64,000 nucleotides of DNA. It comes from a virus. Its lineage: Duplodnaviria; Caudoviricetes. The notes beneath the pieces were generated by a model. That model did not search any database. It was given only the letters and a program-made list of their open reading frames with translations, and had not been told where the DNA came from. The DNA lies in IMG/VR virus record IMGVR_UViG_3300033066_001190, positions 32,001 through 96,000 of that record; one strand, written 5' to 3'. Both the position numbers and the translations under genes were made by a program. Positions 19,684-30,830 of this stretch are shown in pieces; positions within the stretch are counted from its first letter, which is position 1; each line of letters starts with the position of its first letter.

Positions 19684-20994
19684 ATGACATTAAAAGAACA
19701 AACAGACAATTACCTTGAGACTAATTTTGATAACATTCTAGCACTAAAATGTCTTCCCAACTTTAAATGGAGTTCAATAGCTAATGAAATTTCTCCAAAC
19801 ACAAACGGAGAATATGTAAGAACTCGATTTAGATACATGATGAAAAATCACAATCCTTTATTAAAATCAGCAGCTAAAAAGCACCAAGAAACTTTCCAAT
19901 ATTTAAACGGATTAGATTTAAAAGATAAAGGTACAAAAGAGTTTACATTTTCAGCAGATAAAATCCCTACAGAAGAAGAAATTGTTAAACATTTCAACAT
20001 TGATTTGACAAAATGGGAAATCTCCCAAATCTACCATAAAACCTCGTTTGGGGGTAAATATGCAATAACAGTTAATCAAAGGTTGTTAACAGGTGCTGAT
20101 AGTGTTGATTACAAGAAATTGTTTCAAGAGTTTATTGAAAGTAGAAATTTATCTATTTTAAATAGAGATTTATCTTTTTTAAAAAATGATAAAATAACTA
20201 ATAAAGAAATAGAAAATGCTTTAATTTTAAGTTTGTCAGATTTGCATTTAGATAGCAAAAGTTATGAGGGTGAGGTTGGGGCAGAATCAGGTATAGAGCT
20301 ATCTATTAAAAGAGCAAAAGATGCAGTTAAAGATATTATATACAGAGCTTCTTATGGACATGGTTTAGAAAAAATAATAATAATAGGAGGAAATGATTTT
20401 TTTCATGGAAATAATGCAAAAGGAACAACAGAAAAAGGTACTCCTCTGGATGTAGATAACAGGTGGTCAAAATCCTTTAAACAAGGTTTGGAACTTATTT
20501 CGTGGATAATTGATCTGGCAAATACTTTTGCCCCTGTTGATTATTATACTTGTTATGGTAATCACTCTCCCGAAAGAGAATTTTATCTTGCTGTAGCATT
20601 AGAAGGTCTTTATAGAAATAATAAACAAGTAAAAATAGAAACTGGCGAATCAACAAGAAAATATTTTACTTATGGTAATTCTGCATTTATGTTGTGCCAC
20701 GATGCTCCTAAAAGAGTTAAAGATTGCCCAACTGTATTTATAACTGAGCAACCAAAATTATATGCAGAAGCTAAATATAGATTTCTTTTAACAGGACATT
20801 TACATTCAAAACAAGAAACCTTTTTTATAAGTACTTCTGAAAATTTTGGTCTTTTGTGGAAAAGATTGCCATCGTTATCAAAAATAGACAAGTGGCATTT
20901 TGATAATTTTTTTATAGGAAATCAAAAATCTGCAATAGGTTTAATAATTAATAAAAATCATGGAGAAATAGCAGAATATGTCTACAATGAATAA
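19684..20994 (+). CDS. Calcineurin-like metallophosphoesterase with N-terminal HTH-like region
   Basis: SDLH, GNDFFH, GNHS, H and GHLH motifs. Confidence 0.8.
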   Translation: MTLKEQTDNYLETNFDNILALKCLPNFKWSSIANEISPNTNGEYVRTRFRYMMKNHNPLLKSAAKKHQETFQYLNGLDLKDKGTKEFTFSADKIPTEEEIVKHFNIDLTKWEISQIYHKTSFGGKYAITVNQRLLTGADSVDYKKLFQEFIESRNLSILNRDLSFLKNDKITNKEIENALILSLSDLHLDSKSYEGEVGAESGIELSIKRAKDAVKDIIYRASYGHGLEKIIIIGGNDFFHGNNAKGTTEKGTPLDVDNRWSKSFKQGLELISWIIDLANTFAPVDYYTCYGNHSPEREFYLAVALEGLYRNNKQVKIETGESTRKYFTYGNSAFMLCHDAPKRVKDCPTVFITEQPKLYAEAKYRFLLTGHLHSKQETFFISTSENFGLLWKRLPSLSKIDKWHFDNFFIGNQKSAIGLIINKNHGEIAEYVYNE

Positions 20995-22279
20995 CAAGCT
21001 CGAAATATTTAAATTTACAAAACATACAAGAGAAGAAATTGACAAAATAGGGATATATAAAATATCTTTAAAAAATGATTTCAAAAACCGATGTTATATA
21101 GGCTCTGCATTAATTACAGATAAAAGAAAAAGTCACCGTGGATTTTTTGTAAGATGGAAATCTCATTTAGAAGAATTAGAGAAAAATAAACATCATAGTC
21201 AAAAGTTGCAAAATGCCGTAAATAAATACGGAATTGAAAATCTTTGTTTTGAGATATTGGAATATTTATCAGACGGATTAACAAAAAAAGAATACGAAAA
21301 AATAGAAACGGAATACATAAAATTGTATAAAGCCTCTACATCAGGTTTCAATATTTGTCATATAGCAGGAACTTCAAAAGGTCTTAAAAAATCATTGAAG
21401 CAAAGATTAAAAAACTCTATAGCTAAAAGCAAAGGTAAGATATATCAATATTCTAAAGAAGGTCTCTTTTTAAAAGAGTACGATTCATTATTAGAGATAA
21501 AGTTTGACTATCCTGACATTAACAAGAATAGTATGTTATCAGGTTTAAAAAATGTAAATCGTCCTTACTATCGAAATTTTTATTGGTTTAGGGAATACAA
21601 AGGAGATAAGATTGACGTAAGTATTTATAAAAGAGAAATTAAATCTAGTTATAGAAATATACACCAATACGATTTAGATGGAAACTTGATAAAAATTTGG
21701 GATTCTTTAAAAGACTTAGAAAAAGCAGGGTTTTTACAAACTTGGAATATATCCTCTTGTATAAGAGGTTTAAAGAAAACCGCATATTCTTTTTACTGGT
21801 CAAATGGATTTATTTCAAAAGACATGATTGTAAAACCAACTCATACATATTTTATTAATAGGCCTTTTAAAGAACAAATAAAAAGACAAAAAAAAGTATA
21901 TCAATATAATTTAGTTGGAGATTTTGTTAAAGAATGGACAAGTATTAAAAAAGCTGAAGAAGCCCTAGGAATAAATAACATAAGCGCTAATTTAAGAAAA
22001 CTGCGAAATAGTGCAGGAGGATTTCAATGGAGTTTTATAAAATATGATAGATTAAAACCTCATTATTGTCCAGAAAAAGCAATTGATTCCAAAAAGGAAT
22101 TTAAAGTATTTCAATATAGTTTAGATGGTACATTTCTAAAAGAGTGGACTGGAGCTAAAGAAGCATCCAAAACATTAAATATTAATCGGGAATGCATTAG
22201 ACTCAGTTGTGTGGGTAAAAATAAAACAGGAGGAGGATATATTTGGAAATATGAAAAAGAACACTTATTAAATAACTAA
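20978..22279 (+). CDS. Free-standing GIY-YIG homing endonuclease with NUMOD1-type repeats
   Basis: GIYKI...YIGS, HHS.KLQ.A.NKYG; four IYQY..DG.F.KEW.S...AGG.W repeats. Confidence 0.9.
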   Translation: MSTMNNKLEIFKFTKHTREEIDKIGIYKISLKNDFKNRCYIGSALITDKRKSHRGFFVRWKSHLEELEKNKHHSQKLQNAVNKYGIENLCFEILEYLSDGLTKKEYEKIETEYIKLYKASTSGFNICHIAGTSKGLKKSLKQRLKNSIAKSKGKIYQYSKEGLFLKEYDSLLEIKFDYPDINKNSMLSGLKNVNRPYYRNFYWFREYKGDKIDVSIYKREIKSSYRNIHQYDLDGNLIKIWDSLKDLEKAGFLQTWNISSCIRGLKKTAYSFYWSNGFISKDMIVKPTHTYFINRPFKEQIKRQKKVYQYNLVGDFVKEWTSIKKAEEALGINNISANLRKLRNSAGGFQWSFIKYDRLKPHYCPEKAIDSKKEFKVFQYSLDGTFLKEWTGAKEASKTLNINRECIRLSCVGKNKTGGGYIWKYEKEHLLNN

Positions 22280-22287
22280 AATAATGG

Positions 22288-22322
22288 AAAACAGGGAGGT
22301 GTTAAAACTTCTCTGTTTTTTT
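22288..22322 (+). terminator. Rho-independent terminator
   Basis: AAAACAGGGAGGT-GTTAAA-ACTTCTCTGTTTT followed by T. Confidence 0.8.
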
Positions 22323-22351
22323 GTTTATAATAGCTTGTTAAGGTCTATTTT

Positions 22352-23086
22352 ATGCAGAAAACAGTAAGACAATTTATATCAGATATAGCTCAATCAGTTA
22401 ATGCTGAAAATGGAGATGATTTTATTTCTCCTAAATACATTTATAGCACTTCTCAAAGTGTAATAAGTGATTTTTTAAAGAAATCTAATTCTGGAGAAAG
22501 GTTAACATTTAAAATAATTGAAGGATGGTCTGAAATACCTGTACTCCCTATGATTTCTGTTCCTATTACAGAATGTAATCTAGGAGTAAATGTTTGCCAA
22601 AGATTAATGAGAAGTCAGTATAGGTTACCTGAAATGTACGAAAGTAAGTTTGGGGGACTGATTAAAATGGTGATTGCTCTTAATTTAGCTACAGAATATA
22701 AGCCTTGTTTTTCTGCTGCTAATTGGGTAGCTAAGTCTAAAAGACCTTATGGAAATGAAAAATATTATTTCTTTTCAGATGGATACTTATACATCCCTAT
22801 TAAAAAGGGAGATGATGAAAGTCCTGAAATCCTAAGATTGGAAGCATATTTCAAAAATAAGAAAGAAGTAAATGATTTCAACACTTTAATAAATGGAACT
22901 TGTGAATCTTGCAATACTAAAGTAGAAAACTGCAAACCTTTTCTAGATTACCCTATGGTAATACCCTATTACCTAGAAAATGATGTAAAGAAAGAAGTTA
23001 TTCAATTAATGCTTCGTAGATCACAAATTCAACCTGATGAGAATCCTAATTTAAACAGTTTACAAAAAGTTAACCAAAGTAAGTAA
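22352..23086 (+). CDS. crAss-like tail ring/structural protein
   Basis: T.RQ.IS, C...MRS...LP and YYF.SDGYLY motifs. Confidence 0.55.
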   Translation: MQKTVRQFISDIAQSVNAENGDDFISPKYIYSTSQSVISDFLKKSNSGERLTFKIIEGWSEIPVLPMISVPITECNLGVNVCQRLMRSQYRLPEMYESKFGGLIKMVIALNLATEYKPCFSAANWVAKSKRPYGNEKYYFFSDGYLYIPIKKGDDESPEILRLEAYFKNKKEVNDFNTLINGTCESCNTKVENCKPFLDYPMVIPYYLENDVKKEVIQLMLRRSQIQPDENPNLNSLQKVNQSK

Positions 23087-23709
23087 TGCAACTAGTAACA
23101 AAGAAAGGTATAACAAGAACTGGTCACAAAGAAAATGTATTTGATGCAGCTCTTTGTGAGAGGATAAGAAAAAGGTTAAAGCTGGATAAAAAACAATTAA
23201 GCAATGTAACCATTAGGAAAATAATCAAACAGTCTAATGAAGAAATAGGTAATCTGATTGTTAACAATTCAGAAGGGTATAAATTAGAATATGGATTTGA
23301 TTCAAAAAAACCAATGGGAGTAATAGCTCCTTCTAAACACCTACCTAAAGAATTTAGGGAAGATAGGGAAGAAAAGCTGCAAGAAATCAAGGAATTGGTA
23401 ATGCCAGAGCATTATAAAAAACAAATATTAAAAAGGTATGGTGTAGAGATTGATCATGCTTTAGATTATGATAAGCTATCAAAATTAAAGGTAAAGCTCC
23501 CTCACTTAAACCTAGACACATACTTTTATAAATACCGCATCATGTGGTTTAATCACAGAAATTGTAAAGATAGAAAAGCAAGGTGTTATACATTTAATGC
23601 AAGTAGGGTTTTAAATAAAAAATTTGCAGATCTTATATGGTCAGGAAAAGATTATTATGAATGGAACTTTAGTGATTTTTATGGTTATAAGGTTAATTCA
23701 GAATGGTAA
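23086..23709 (+). CDS. crAss-type IHF/HU-like protein
   Basis: H.NL.T..YKYRI.W...Y.F.A.R pattern; located just upstream of the tail tubular gene. Confidence 0.55.
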   Translation: MQLVTKKGITRTGHKENVFDAALCERIRKRLKLDKKQLSNVTIRKIIKQSNEEIGNLIVNNSEGYKLEYGFDSKKPMGVIAPSKHLPKEFREDREEKLQEIKELVMPEHYKKQILKRYGVEIDHALDYDKLSKLKVKLPHLNLDTYFYKYRIMWFNHRNCKDRKARCYTFNASRVLNKKFADLIWSGKDYYEWNFSDFYGYKVNSEW

Positions 23710-23721
23710 TAAATATTAAAA

Positions 23722-24645
23722 ATGGCAGATTATGATTTAGTTCCAGCAGATCAATTGCTGGCTCGTTTACAAGAAGAACTCTCTACGTACACAGCAAATG
23801 GTGTATTAGATACATCCGAATTATACCCTCAATTAATTTGGTTTGCTAATCTTTTGAATTTAGCAGTGTATCAACAAGAAGAAACAATTTTAAAGTTAGA
23901 AGATTATAGAGCTGAACTACCTTGTGATTTCTTTTTACTAGATTCTGCTTGGTTATGTGATACTAAAGCTTCTCACAATCAACTTAATTTTCAATCTTCT
24001 TTAGTTGTTTACACCGAAACTACAAATGAAACTGTTGGTAATGATGTAAATTGTGGATTACCTAACAATTACAATGCAACGGGATATTTGAATATTTCTG
24101 CTTGTAATATGGACACTCCTGTATTTAATAAACAAACCACTAAAGAATATGTTTATTCTGGAGTAAACCCTATTACATGGAAAAACCCTGTTTTACTTTC
24201 TTACAAAAAAGGTAAGTCATTAAGGCAGAATTGTGCTAAAGATTGTGCAAACTTGTTTTCAAGATTTCCTCAAGAAATTTCAATTAACAAAATAGGTAAT
24301 TCTTCTTACTTATATTCTACACTAAAAGAAGCTATTATTTATGTTAAATACTATGCATGGCCTGTAGACAAAGAAACAAACATTCCTTTAATTCCTAATG
24401 ATGTATATCTACAAGAATGTTTATTTAAACACTTGACGTATTACTTCTTCAAAAAGATCTATTTAAATGGAGATGATACAAATTTGGAAAATAAATTAAC
24501 ATTTACAAAACAAGAAGGTGAATTAGGTATTAGGGCAGCAATGAATTATGCTAAAATGCCATCATTCAATAAAATGGTTCAATTAGGTAAAAGAGCTAGA
24601 AAACGCTTTGCTTCTTACGAAGTTATGAGTGGATATCACTATTAA
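23722..24645 (+). CDS. Tail tubular protein (P22 gp4-like)
   Basis: DYRAELPCDF and Y.A.PVD....PLIP motifs; precedes the stabilisation protein. Confidence 0.7.
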   Translation: MADYDLVPADQLLARLQEELSTYTANGVLDTSELYPQLIWFANLLNLAVYQQEETILKLEDYRAELPCDFFLLDSAWLCDTKASHNQLNFQSSLVVYTETTNETVGNDVNCGLPNNYNATGYLNISACNMDTPVFNKQTTKEYVYSGVNPITWKNPVLLSYKKGKSLRQNCAKDCANLFSRFPQEISINKIGNSSYLYSTLKEAIIYVKYYAWPVDKETNIPLIPNDVYLQECLFKHLTYYFFKKIYLNGDDTNLENKLTFTKQEGELGIRAAMNYAKMPSFNKMVQLGKRARKRFASYEVMSGYHY

Positions 24646-24649
24646 GATT

Positions 24650-27600
24650 ATGGATATTAAAATAAATGCAGCAAAATTAGGGATGCAGTTATCAAAGCAT
24701 CCTTCTGAGTTATCTCCACAAGAGTATTCTTTAATGCTCAATGGAAATATTCAGTCTTTAGATGGTTCATTGTTAAAAATAACAAATGAGCCGTCTAACT
24801 TGTTATGCTCTAGATTTAAACCAAATTTTAAAGTTATTGGTACAGCTCCTATAAACGCTCAAAAGAAAGTGATATTCTTTCTTGTTAATCCCTTAACAGG
24901 TGAATCAGAAATAGGGGAAATAAAGAATGTTTCTTTTACAGATGTTCCAGATAGTGAAGTAAGTTGTTCAGATTGCAACACCCCTGTAATTGAAGATGTT
25001 CCATTAGAACAAACAACACAATCAGAATTATGTACTTACACTACACTAATTAACGCAGATTGTTTAAACTTTAGTTTAGACTATCCTGTAACAGCTACAT
25101 ATCAAATTACACCTTTAGGTTTAATTTTATTCTTTGCGAGTAAAAATAATCCTCTAAGATATTTAGAGCTTTATGATATTCCCTACACTATATCTAGATA
25201 TAACGAAGCTAATTGCAACCTTCCTATTTATACAACTAACCTTGATTGTAATAAAATAAAAATTGTTCCCGATTACTCCATTCCTTGTATTAATACAATA
25301 GATGTAGTTTCGGGAGGATCACTCACTGCTGGTGTTGTTCAATTCACTGGAGTATATGCCGAAAATGTAAAGTTTGAACAAAGTACACAAATTGTACCTA
25401 TCACTGATTATTTTCCTGTAAATAATCCAACTCCCATATTTGAAAAATCAGAAACTGTAAATACTAATTACACCACTGGTAAGGCTGTAAAAATAGAAAT
25501 AACAAACCTAGATACAGATTTTAATTATATCAATCTAGTTGTAATACACACCATTGATAATATTGTAAAACCTTACCTAATAGGTACATTCCCTATTAAT
25601 TCAAACACATTTACATACACTTATACAGGTAATAACAGAGAAGTAGAAATACCTGTAACTCTAGAAGAAATTACAAGAAGGAGACCTGTTTATGTGAGTG
25701 CAAGGGGTGTAACAGAAGCCAATAGTCACTTGTTTTGGTATGATTTAGAAGAACAACGACCTATTAATTTACAACCTGTAATAAATTTACTTTCTTTGAA
25801 ATGGGCTACTATTTCAGCAAGTGAAGATTTCTATAAAAATCCTATTTCAAACAATTACGTAAGTTTTGAAAGAGATGAGGTTGTTCCATTTGGTATAGAA
25901 TTCTTTTTTAAAAATGGGTTTTCAACCCCTGTTTTTCCATTAGTAAATAGGGAAGCTACTCCAAAAGATAGGGAAATTATTCTTCCTTCTGACCCCAACT
26001 ACATTGTTGATGATACAGCTTGTGGTACAACTCAAAGAACAGAGAGATGGCAGTTTTATAATACAGCAAGTGAAATAGGAGATTTACCATGTAGAATTAT
26101 ACCAACTGTTGGTAATGGTAAACCTTCCATGTTAAGTGATGGAGGATGCACAATTAATCCATATAAATATGGAGAATTTGCTTATTGGGAATCTGAAGCA
26201 AGATACCCTAATAATCCCGCTATTTGGGGAGATTTATGTGGACAACCTATTCGACACTTTAAATTTCCAGATAATTGTGTTTCTCCAATAACAAATAATA
26301 TTTCAACCTCTGCTCCTTTTGGAGCTAAAAGTACAATATATCCAATAGGAGTGACAGTTGATGTCGAAGAAATAAAAGCATTATTAAATCAAGCTGTAAC
26401 ACTTAACCTTATTACAGAACAAGATAAATTACAAATTGCAGGATATAGAATAAAAAGAGGTGACAGAACAGGTAGTAAATCCATTGTAGCTAAGGGTATT
26501 TTAACCAATATGGGTGTTACAACTACTTATAAAGTAGATGGTTCTGGAAATCTATTACCAACAAGTATTGAGGAATATTATCCTAATTACGGATTTAATG
26601 ATTTAAGACACGATGATCCTTATCTATCTATTGATTCTGTTAATTATCCTAATTATACAGGTAGTAAAAAGTTTACTTTCCATTCTCCTGAAACCAGCTA
26701 TGCAACTCCTCTGTTACCAACAGAAATTAAGCAGGAGTTAATAATTGGGGGTAAATGTCAAGGTAGTTTCACAGAAGTAGAAAGACATGCTAAATATGTT
26801 ATTCTTTCTGATGGTGCATACATCCTTGCTGATACGTTGGGTATTTTTGAAGCAGCTACTGATGCAGTGATTGCTGTAATGGGAACTGATTCAGCATCAG
26901 TTGGAATAAATTTAGCAATTGCTACAGTTATTAACACTATTACAAGCGCAATTAATTATTCCAATGATTGGTTACGTATTTTAAAAAGTCTTGGTAATCC
27001 TTACAATCCTGCTATATTTTATACTTCTGTAGGTAAGTATGTTAGTAGATGTTGTCCTGATGAAAATCAGAAATTTCAACAAAAAATAAAAAACACATTT
27101 TACTTACAACCTGGAAATCAGGTTATTTCCGAATTTGGTACAAGATTTCAAATAAATAACTTTAAAAGAGAAAGCTCTGTATATTTATCCCTGAATGATA
27201 ATTTTGGTTCTAACAATTCTTGTAACTTGCCAGAAGATAATTCAAAAGAGTTGTTTAGTGAAGGAGCTTTAGCAAATACGTTAAATGTATTAAGACCTGA
27301 AAGAAACATTAAAACATCTTACGTTTCTTTAAAGAATTATGTTCCTGATCAATATGGAACAATAGATCAAATATCGTGGATAGATACAGGATTTTGTGGA
27401 GAAATTGATTGGAGTACAGAAGCTCCTTCTGGATGCAAAGATTTAATTTTTGGAGGTGACACATATTTAACACCTTTTAGTTTTAAAAAGAAATTACCAT
27501 TCTTTGTTCAAGACAGGGTTAATGCAAACACTAATGATGATGTTCAATATAGATATTTATCTAACGTTGGCAAAACTGAATACTATTATAACACTTTAGA

Positions 27601-29311
27601 CCAACCTTATTATAACACCCCCACAATAGCAACCCAATTAGTTAATATGTTTGATCCTCCAGATACAAATTTGGAAGATGATAACAATACTACGGCTATT
27701 TATCATAAAGGAAAATTAACTTTATTTTATTACTCTGTTCCTATATTTATTGTAGAATCCAGCTATAATAATCATTTCAGACATGCTGAAAATCTGTTAG
27801 AAAAGAATTTCTATCCTAACATTTTAGATCTTCCTTATTGGATGCAGGAATTCAGAGTACCTATCAGTTACGATAATTACTATTTCTACAACACCACGTA
27901 TTCTAAAGAAAACAAAGAAAATCCGTTTTATGTCTTTAAAGACAACTTTAATCAAAGTGATGAAGACAAAAGAAGAAATCATTTTAATAGGATTATATAT
28001 TCTGCTCAAAACGATTGGTTATCTTACTCAGCTTTAGACAGTTTTGATTTTAGTTTAAATGATGGTAAGTTAATAGGCATTAAAGGAATTGAGCAAAATG
28101 CTGTTTTAGTAACACAAGAAAATGCTACTAAAATATTTAATGCTTATGTTACTATTCAAGCCAATGGGTTTGAAGCACAATTATCTACAGGTCAAATGTT
28201 TGCTGCTAAACCCAGAGAGCATTTTAAAACAGATTTAGGATTTGGTGGTTCAAACCATCAACAGATTCTTTCTACAGAGTATGGTCATTTCTTTGTGGAT
28301 TCTCAAAACCCAGCTATTTTAAAAAAGAATACAGAGGGATTGAGGGATGTCACAAGAGATGAAGAAAATAAAAAGGTAAAGCAATGGTTTCAAAATAACC
28401 TACCTTTTAAAATATTAAATGATTTCCCCAATGTAAATGTAGATAACACCTACAAAGACTTTGGTATTTGCTTGGGATGGGATAACAAGTTTAAAAGAGT
28501 TTTCATTACCAAAAAAGATTATGAGTTAAAGAAATCTTATAAATCTTTAGTGGATTATAGAAATAATAAATTCTATTTAGAAGATTTAGAGATATTTCCA
28601 ACAGATGAAACATATTTTATAAACAGGTGTTGGACAATAGCTTATGATGCAAAAATGGATCAGTTTATTAGTTTTTATAGCTTTAAACCCAACTATTATG
28701 TTTCAAATGAAGACTATTTTTCCACTGGTGAAAATAATGCTTTATGGAATCATTTGCTCACTGAAAAATCGTATCAAGTATTTGGTGAAAAGTTGTACCC
28801 ATTCTTGATAGAATTTGCTACACAAAATAAGTTTAACAATAATGTATTACAAGCTGTAAAGTTTAAAACTGATTTTAGAAGATTTCAGGGTGAAAATAAT
28901 TGGTCATTAATAAACAATAAAACGTTTACAGATGCAATAATCTATAACCCTAATCAATCTACAGGAGATTTAAAACTTGTGGTTGCTCAAAAAAATAACA
29001 ACTATCAGTTTTTACAATATCCTAAAATAACGGGATATCATAAAGAAATTCTTGTAGATAATGTAGAAAACTTCTGGAACTTCAATCAATTCAATGATAT
29101 AGCTTTAAGAAATGGTCAACCTATCACTGTTTATAAAAACACACCAGATGTACCATATACAAATGATTTAGCTATTTCCTATAAACCTCAATTCTATACA
29201 AATCCTTTGAGGAATGATTATTTCCAAATAAGATTAGGTAATTCTTTATATTCTAATTACAACATATTATTTCACTTGACATTAACACAACAAGAAAATT
29301 CAATATCGTGA
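24650..29311 (+). CDS. Tail stabilisation (muzzle) protein
   Basis: About 1550 aa; GM, NEPSN, RDEV.PFGI, F.YWES...YP, IRHFKFP, FTFHSPE, FGGDTY and WT..Y...ISF.SF.P..Y. Confidence 0.8.
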   Translation: MDIKINAAKLGMQLSKHPSELSPQEYSLMLNGNIQSLDGSLLKITNEPSNLLCSRFKPNFKVIGTAPINAQKKVIFFLVNPLTGESEIGEIKNVSFTDVPDSEVSCSDCNTPVIEDVPLEQTTQSELCTYTTLINADCLNFSLDYPVTATYQITPLGLILFFASKNNPLRYLELYDIPYTISRYNEANCNLPIYTTNLDCNKIKIVPDYSIPCINTIDVVSGGSLTAGVVQFTGVYAENVKFEQSTQIVPITDYFPVNNPTPIFEKSETVNTNYTTGKAVKIEITNLDTDFNYINLVVIHTIDNIVKPYLIGTFPINSNTFTYTYTGNNREVEIPVTLEEITRRRPVYVSARGVTEANSHLFWYDLEEQRPINLQPVINLLSLKWATISASEDFYKNPISNNYVSFERDEVVPFGIEFFFKNGFSTPVFPLVNREATPKDREIILPSDPNYIVDDTACGTTQRTERWQFYNTASEIGDLPCRIIPTVGNGKPSMLSDGGCTINPYKYGEFAYWESEARYPNNPAIWGDLCGQPIRHFKFPDNCVSPITNNISTSAPFGAKSTIYPIGVTVDVEEIKALLNQAVTLNLITEQDKLQIAGYRIKRGDRTGSKSIVAKGILTNMGVTTTYKVDGSGNLLPTSIEEYYPNYGFNDLRHDDPYLSIDSVNYPNYTGSKKFTFHSPETSYATPLLPTEIKQELIIGGKCQGSFTEVERHAKYVILSDGAYILADTLGIFEAATDAVIAVMGTDSASVGINLAIATVINTITSAINYSNDWLRILKSLGNPYNPAIFYTSVGKYVSRCCPDENQKFQQKIKNTFYLQPGNQVISEFGTRFQINNFKRESSVYLSLNDNFGSNNSCNLPEDNSKELFSEGALANTLNVLRPERNIKTSYVSLKNYVPDQYGTIDQISWIDTGFCGEIDWSTEAPSGCKDLIFGGDTYLTPFSFKKKLPFFVQDRVNANTNDDVQYRYLSNVGKTEYYYNTLDQPYYNTPTIATQLVNMFDPPDTNLEDDNNTTAIYHKGKLTLFYYSVPIFIVESSYNNHFRHAENLLEKNFYPNILDLPYWMQEFRVPISYDNYYFYNTTYSKENKENPFYVFKDNFNQSDEDKRRNHFNRIIYSAQNDWLSYSALDSFDFSLNDGKLIGIKGIEQNAVLVTQENATKIFNAYVTIQANGFEAQLSTGQMFAAKPREHFKTDLGFGGSNHQQILSTEYGHFFVDSQNPAILKKNTEGLRDVTRDEENKKVKQWFQNNLPFKILNDFPNVNVDNTYKDFGICLGWDNKFKRVFITKKDYELKKSYKSLVDYRNNKFYLEDLEIFPTDETYFINRCWTIAYDAKMDQFISFYSFKPNYYVSNEDYFSTGENNALWNHLLTEKSYQVFGEKLYPFLIEFATQNKFNNNVLQAVKFKTDFRRFQGENNWSLINNKTFTDAIIYNPNQSTGDLKLVVAQKNNNYQFLQYPKITGYHKEILVDNVENFWNFNQFNDIALRNGQPITVYKNTPDVPYTNDLAISYKPQFYTNPLRNDYFQIRLGNSLYSNYNILFHLTLTQQENSIS

Positions 29312-29736
29312 ATCCAGCATTTAAACTAAAAGAATCAAAAAAGGAAGAGAAGCAAGAATCTCTTCCAACAGAAGTAGCAGAATTAGCTGAATGTTTTATG
29401 AATGCTGCTAAATCTTTACATAAACTACATTTAAAAATTACAGGACAAGGTAGTTATGCTGCTCATGTAGCTTTATCAGGCTATGATAAATTTCATGATT
29501 TTGCGGATGACCTCTGTGAAGAGTATCAAAGCATTTCAGAAAATATTTTGAATATTCCTGAAAAGAATTCGGATATCCTAAATTCTGTTGAAGAAGGTAT
29601 AATATTTTTATCGTCTTTAAAATTAAAAATAGATAATTTACAAAAAATAACACCTTATTCAGAAATAAACAACTTATTAGACGAAGTAAAATCTGAAATT
29701 AATAAGATTAAGTATAAACTTTTATTTTTAAAATGA
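29308..29736 (+). CDS. Ferritin/Dps-like protein (DUF5856-like)
   Basis: H.LH...SYA.H.AL..Y......DD..E.YQ...N.LDE....NK.KY.L. Confidence 0.75.
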   Translation: MNPAFKLKESKKEEKQESLPTEVAELAECFMNAAKSLHKLHLKITGQGSYAAHVALSGYDKFHDFADDLCEEYQSISENILNIPEKNSDILNSVEEGIIFLSSLKLKIDNLQKITPYSEINNLLDEVKSEINKIKYKLLFLK

Positions 29737-29742
29737 TATTTG

Positions 29743-30606
29743 ATGAATTCCTATGTTTATATTTTTTTAGACCCCAGAAAGGAAGGCATTTGGTATTATA
29801 AAAATATTGTATTTTTTTATCAGCCTTTTTATGTCGGAGAGGGTATAAATAATAGAATTAAATGCCATTTTACTCCAAAAGCTCTTTCTAAAAACTGTTT
29901 AAAATCAAATATAATTAACAAAATATTAGAAGAAGGATTAGAACCAATAAAAAAAATTCTTTTTAGTGGTATTTCAAAAAATGAGGCACTTGAAATAGAA
30001 AGTGATATCATAAAAACATTTGGAACTCGTTATCATAAAACAGGTATCTTATCAAATGTTTTTAAATTTGGGAATAAATTTACAAAAGAGATGTATATTT
30101 CCGAATATAAAGCAGATAATAAAGCAGCTATTAAAAAAGCAGCCGAAATTAAAAAAGGTAGAACAAATATAGAATTGTATGGAGAGAAAATGGCTGCAAT
30201 TATAGGAAATAAAATTTCAAAAGTGTTATCTGAGAAATATAAAAATAAAGAGATTATCGGATATTGGCAAGGAAAAGAGATGGCTAAAGAACACAAAGAT
30301 AAACTTTCAAAAGCATTACAAGGTAATAAGAGAAGATTAGGAAAATTACATTCTGTAAAAGACAGAGAAAAAATGTCTCAAAAAATATCCGAAACTAAAG
30401 GAACTCCCGTAAAAGTAATAAAAAACAATGGTCAAATTGAATATTATTGTTCTGTTAATAAAGCAGCAAAGACTTATCTTGTAAGTGCGCAAATGTTAGA
30501 TGAAGCTTTCAAAAATAAAAAATTTTGCAATAGTAAAAAAGCAAATTGCAGATTTGAAATAATTACTAAAGAAGAATATAACCAACAATTAAAAAAGTGT
30601 CTTTAA
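29743..30606 (+). CDS. Free-standing GIY-YIG endonuclease with NUMOD3-type repeats
   Basis: YVY...DPR...PFYVG.G...R...H, EAL..E...I...G; HS...REKMS repeats. Confidence 0.85.
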   Translation: MNSYVYIFLDPRKEGIWYYKNIVFFYQPFYVGEGINNRIKCHFTPKALSKNCLKSNIINKILEEGLEPIKKILFSGISKNEALEIESDIIKTFGTRYHKTGILSNVFKFGNKFTKEMYISEYKADNKAAIKKAAEIKKGRTNIELYGEKMAAIIGNKISKVLSEKYKNKEIIGYWQGKEMAKEHKDKLSKALQGNKRRLGKLHSVKDREKMSQKISETKGTPVKVIKNNGQIEYYCSVNKAAKTYLVSAQMLDEAFKNKKFCNSKKANCRFEIITKEEYNQQLKKCL

Positions 30607-30830
30607 TGGAAGTTTCTATAACATTAAAGGGAGATGTTTTAAAAATCTACATAGATAACACTCTTCATTTATTAATAAAAGAGCCTATTATAGGTTTCCA
30701 AAGTTGGAACAGAGAGAACAGATGGTGGGAAATTGAATATTACCTACCCTCTAAAACCATTTTGACACAATATGACAATGTAGATAAGTGGAAAACTATT
30801 GTAAATGCACTTGATAATGTTTTTAAATAA
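30606..30830 (+). CDS. Hypothetical protein
   Basis: TAATG coupling on both sides. Confidence 0.55.
   Translation: MEVSITLKGDVLKIYIDNTLHLLIKEPIIGFQSWNRENRWWEIEYYLPSKTILTQYDNVDKWKTIVNALDNVFK

Noticed and set aside
20978-30606. Group I introns around the GIY-YIG genes
   Set aside because: Flanking genes look complete and there is no non-coding room for an intron core.
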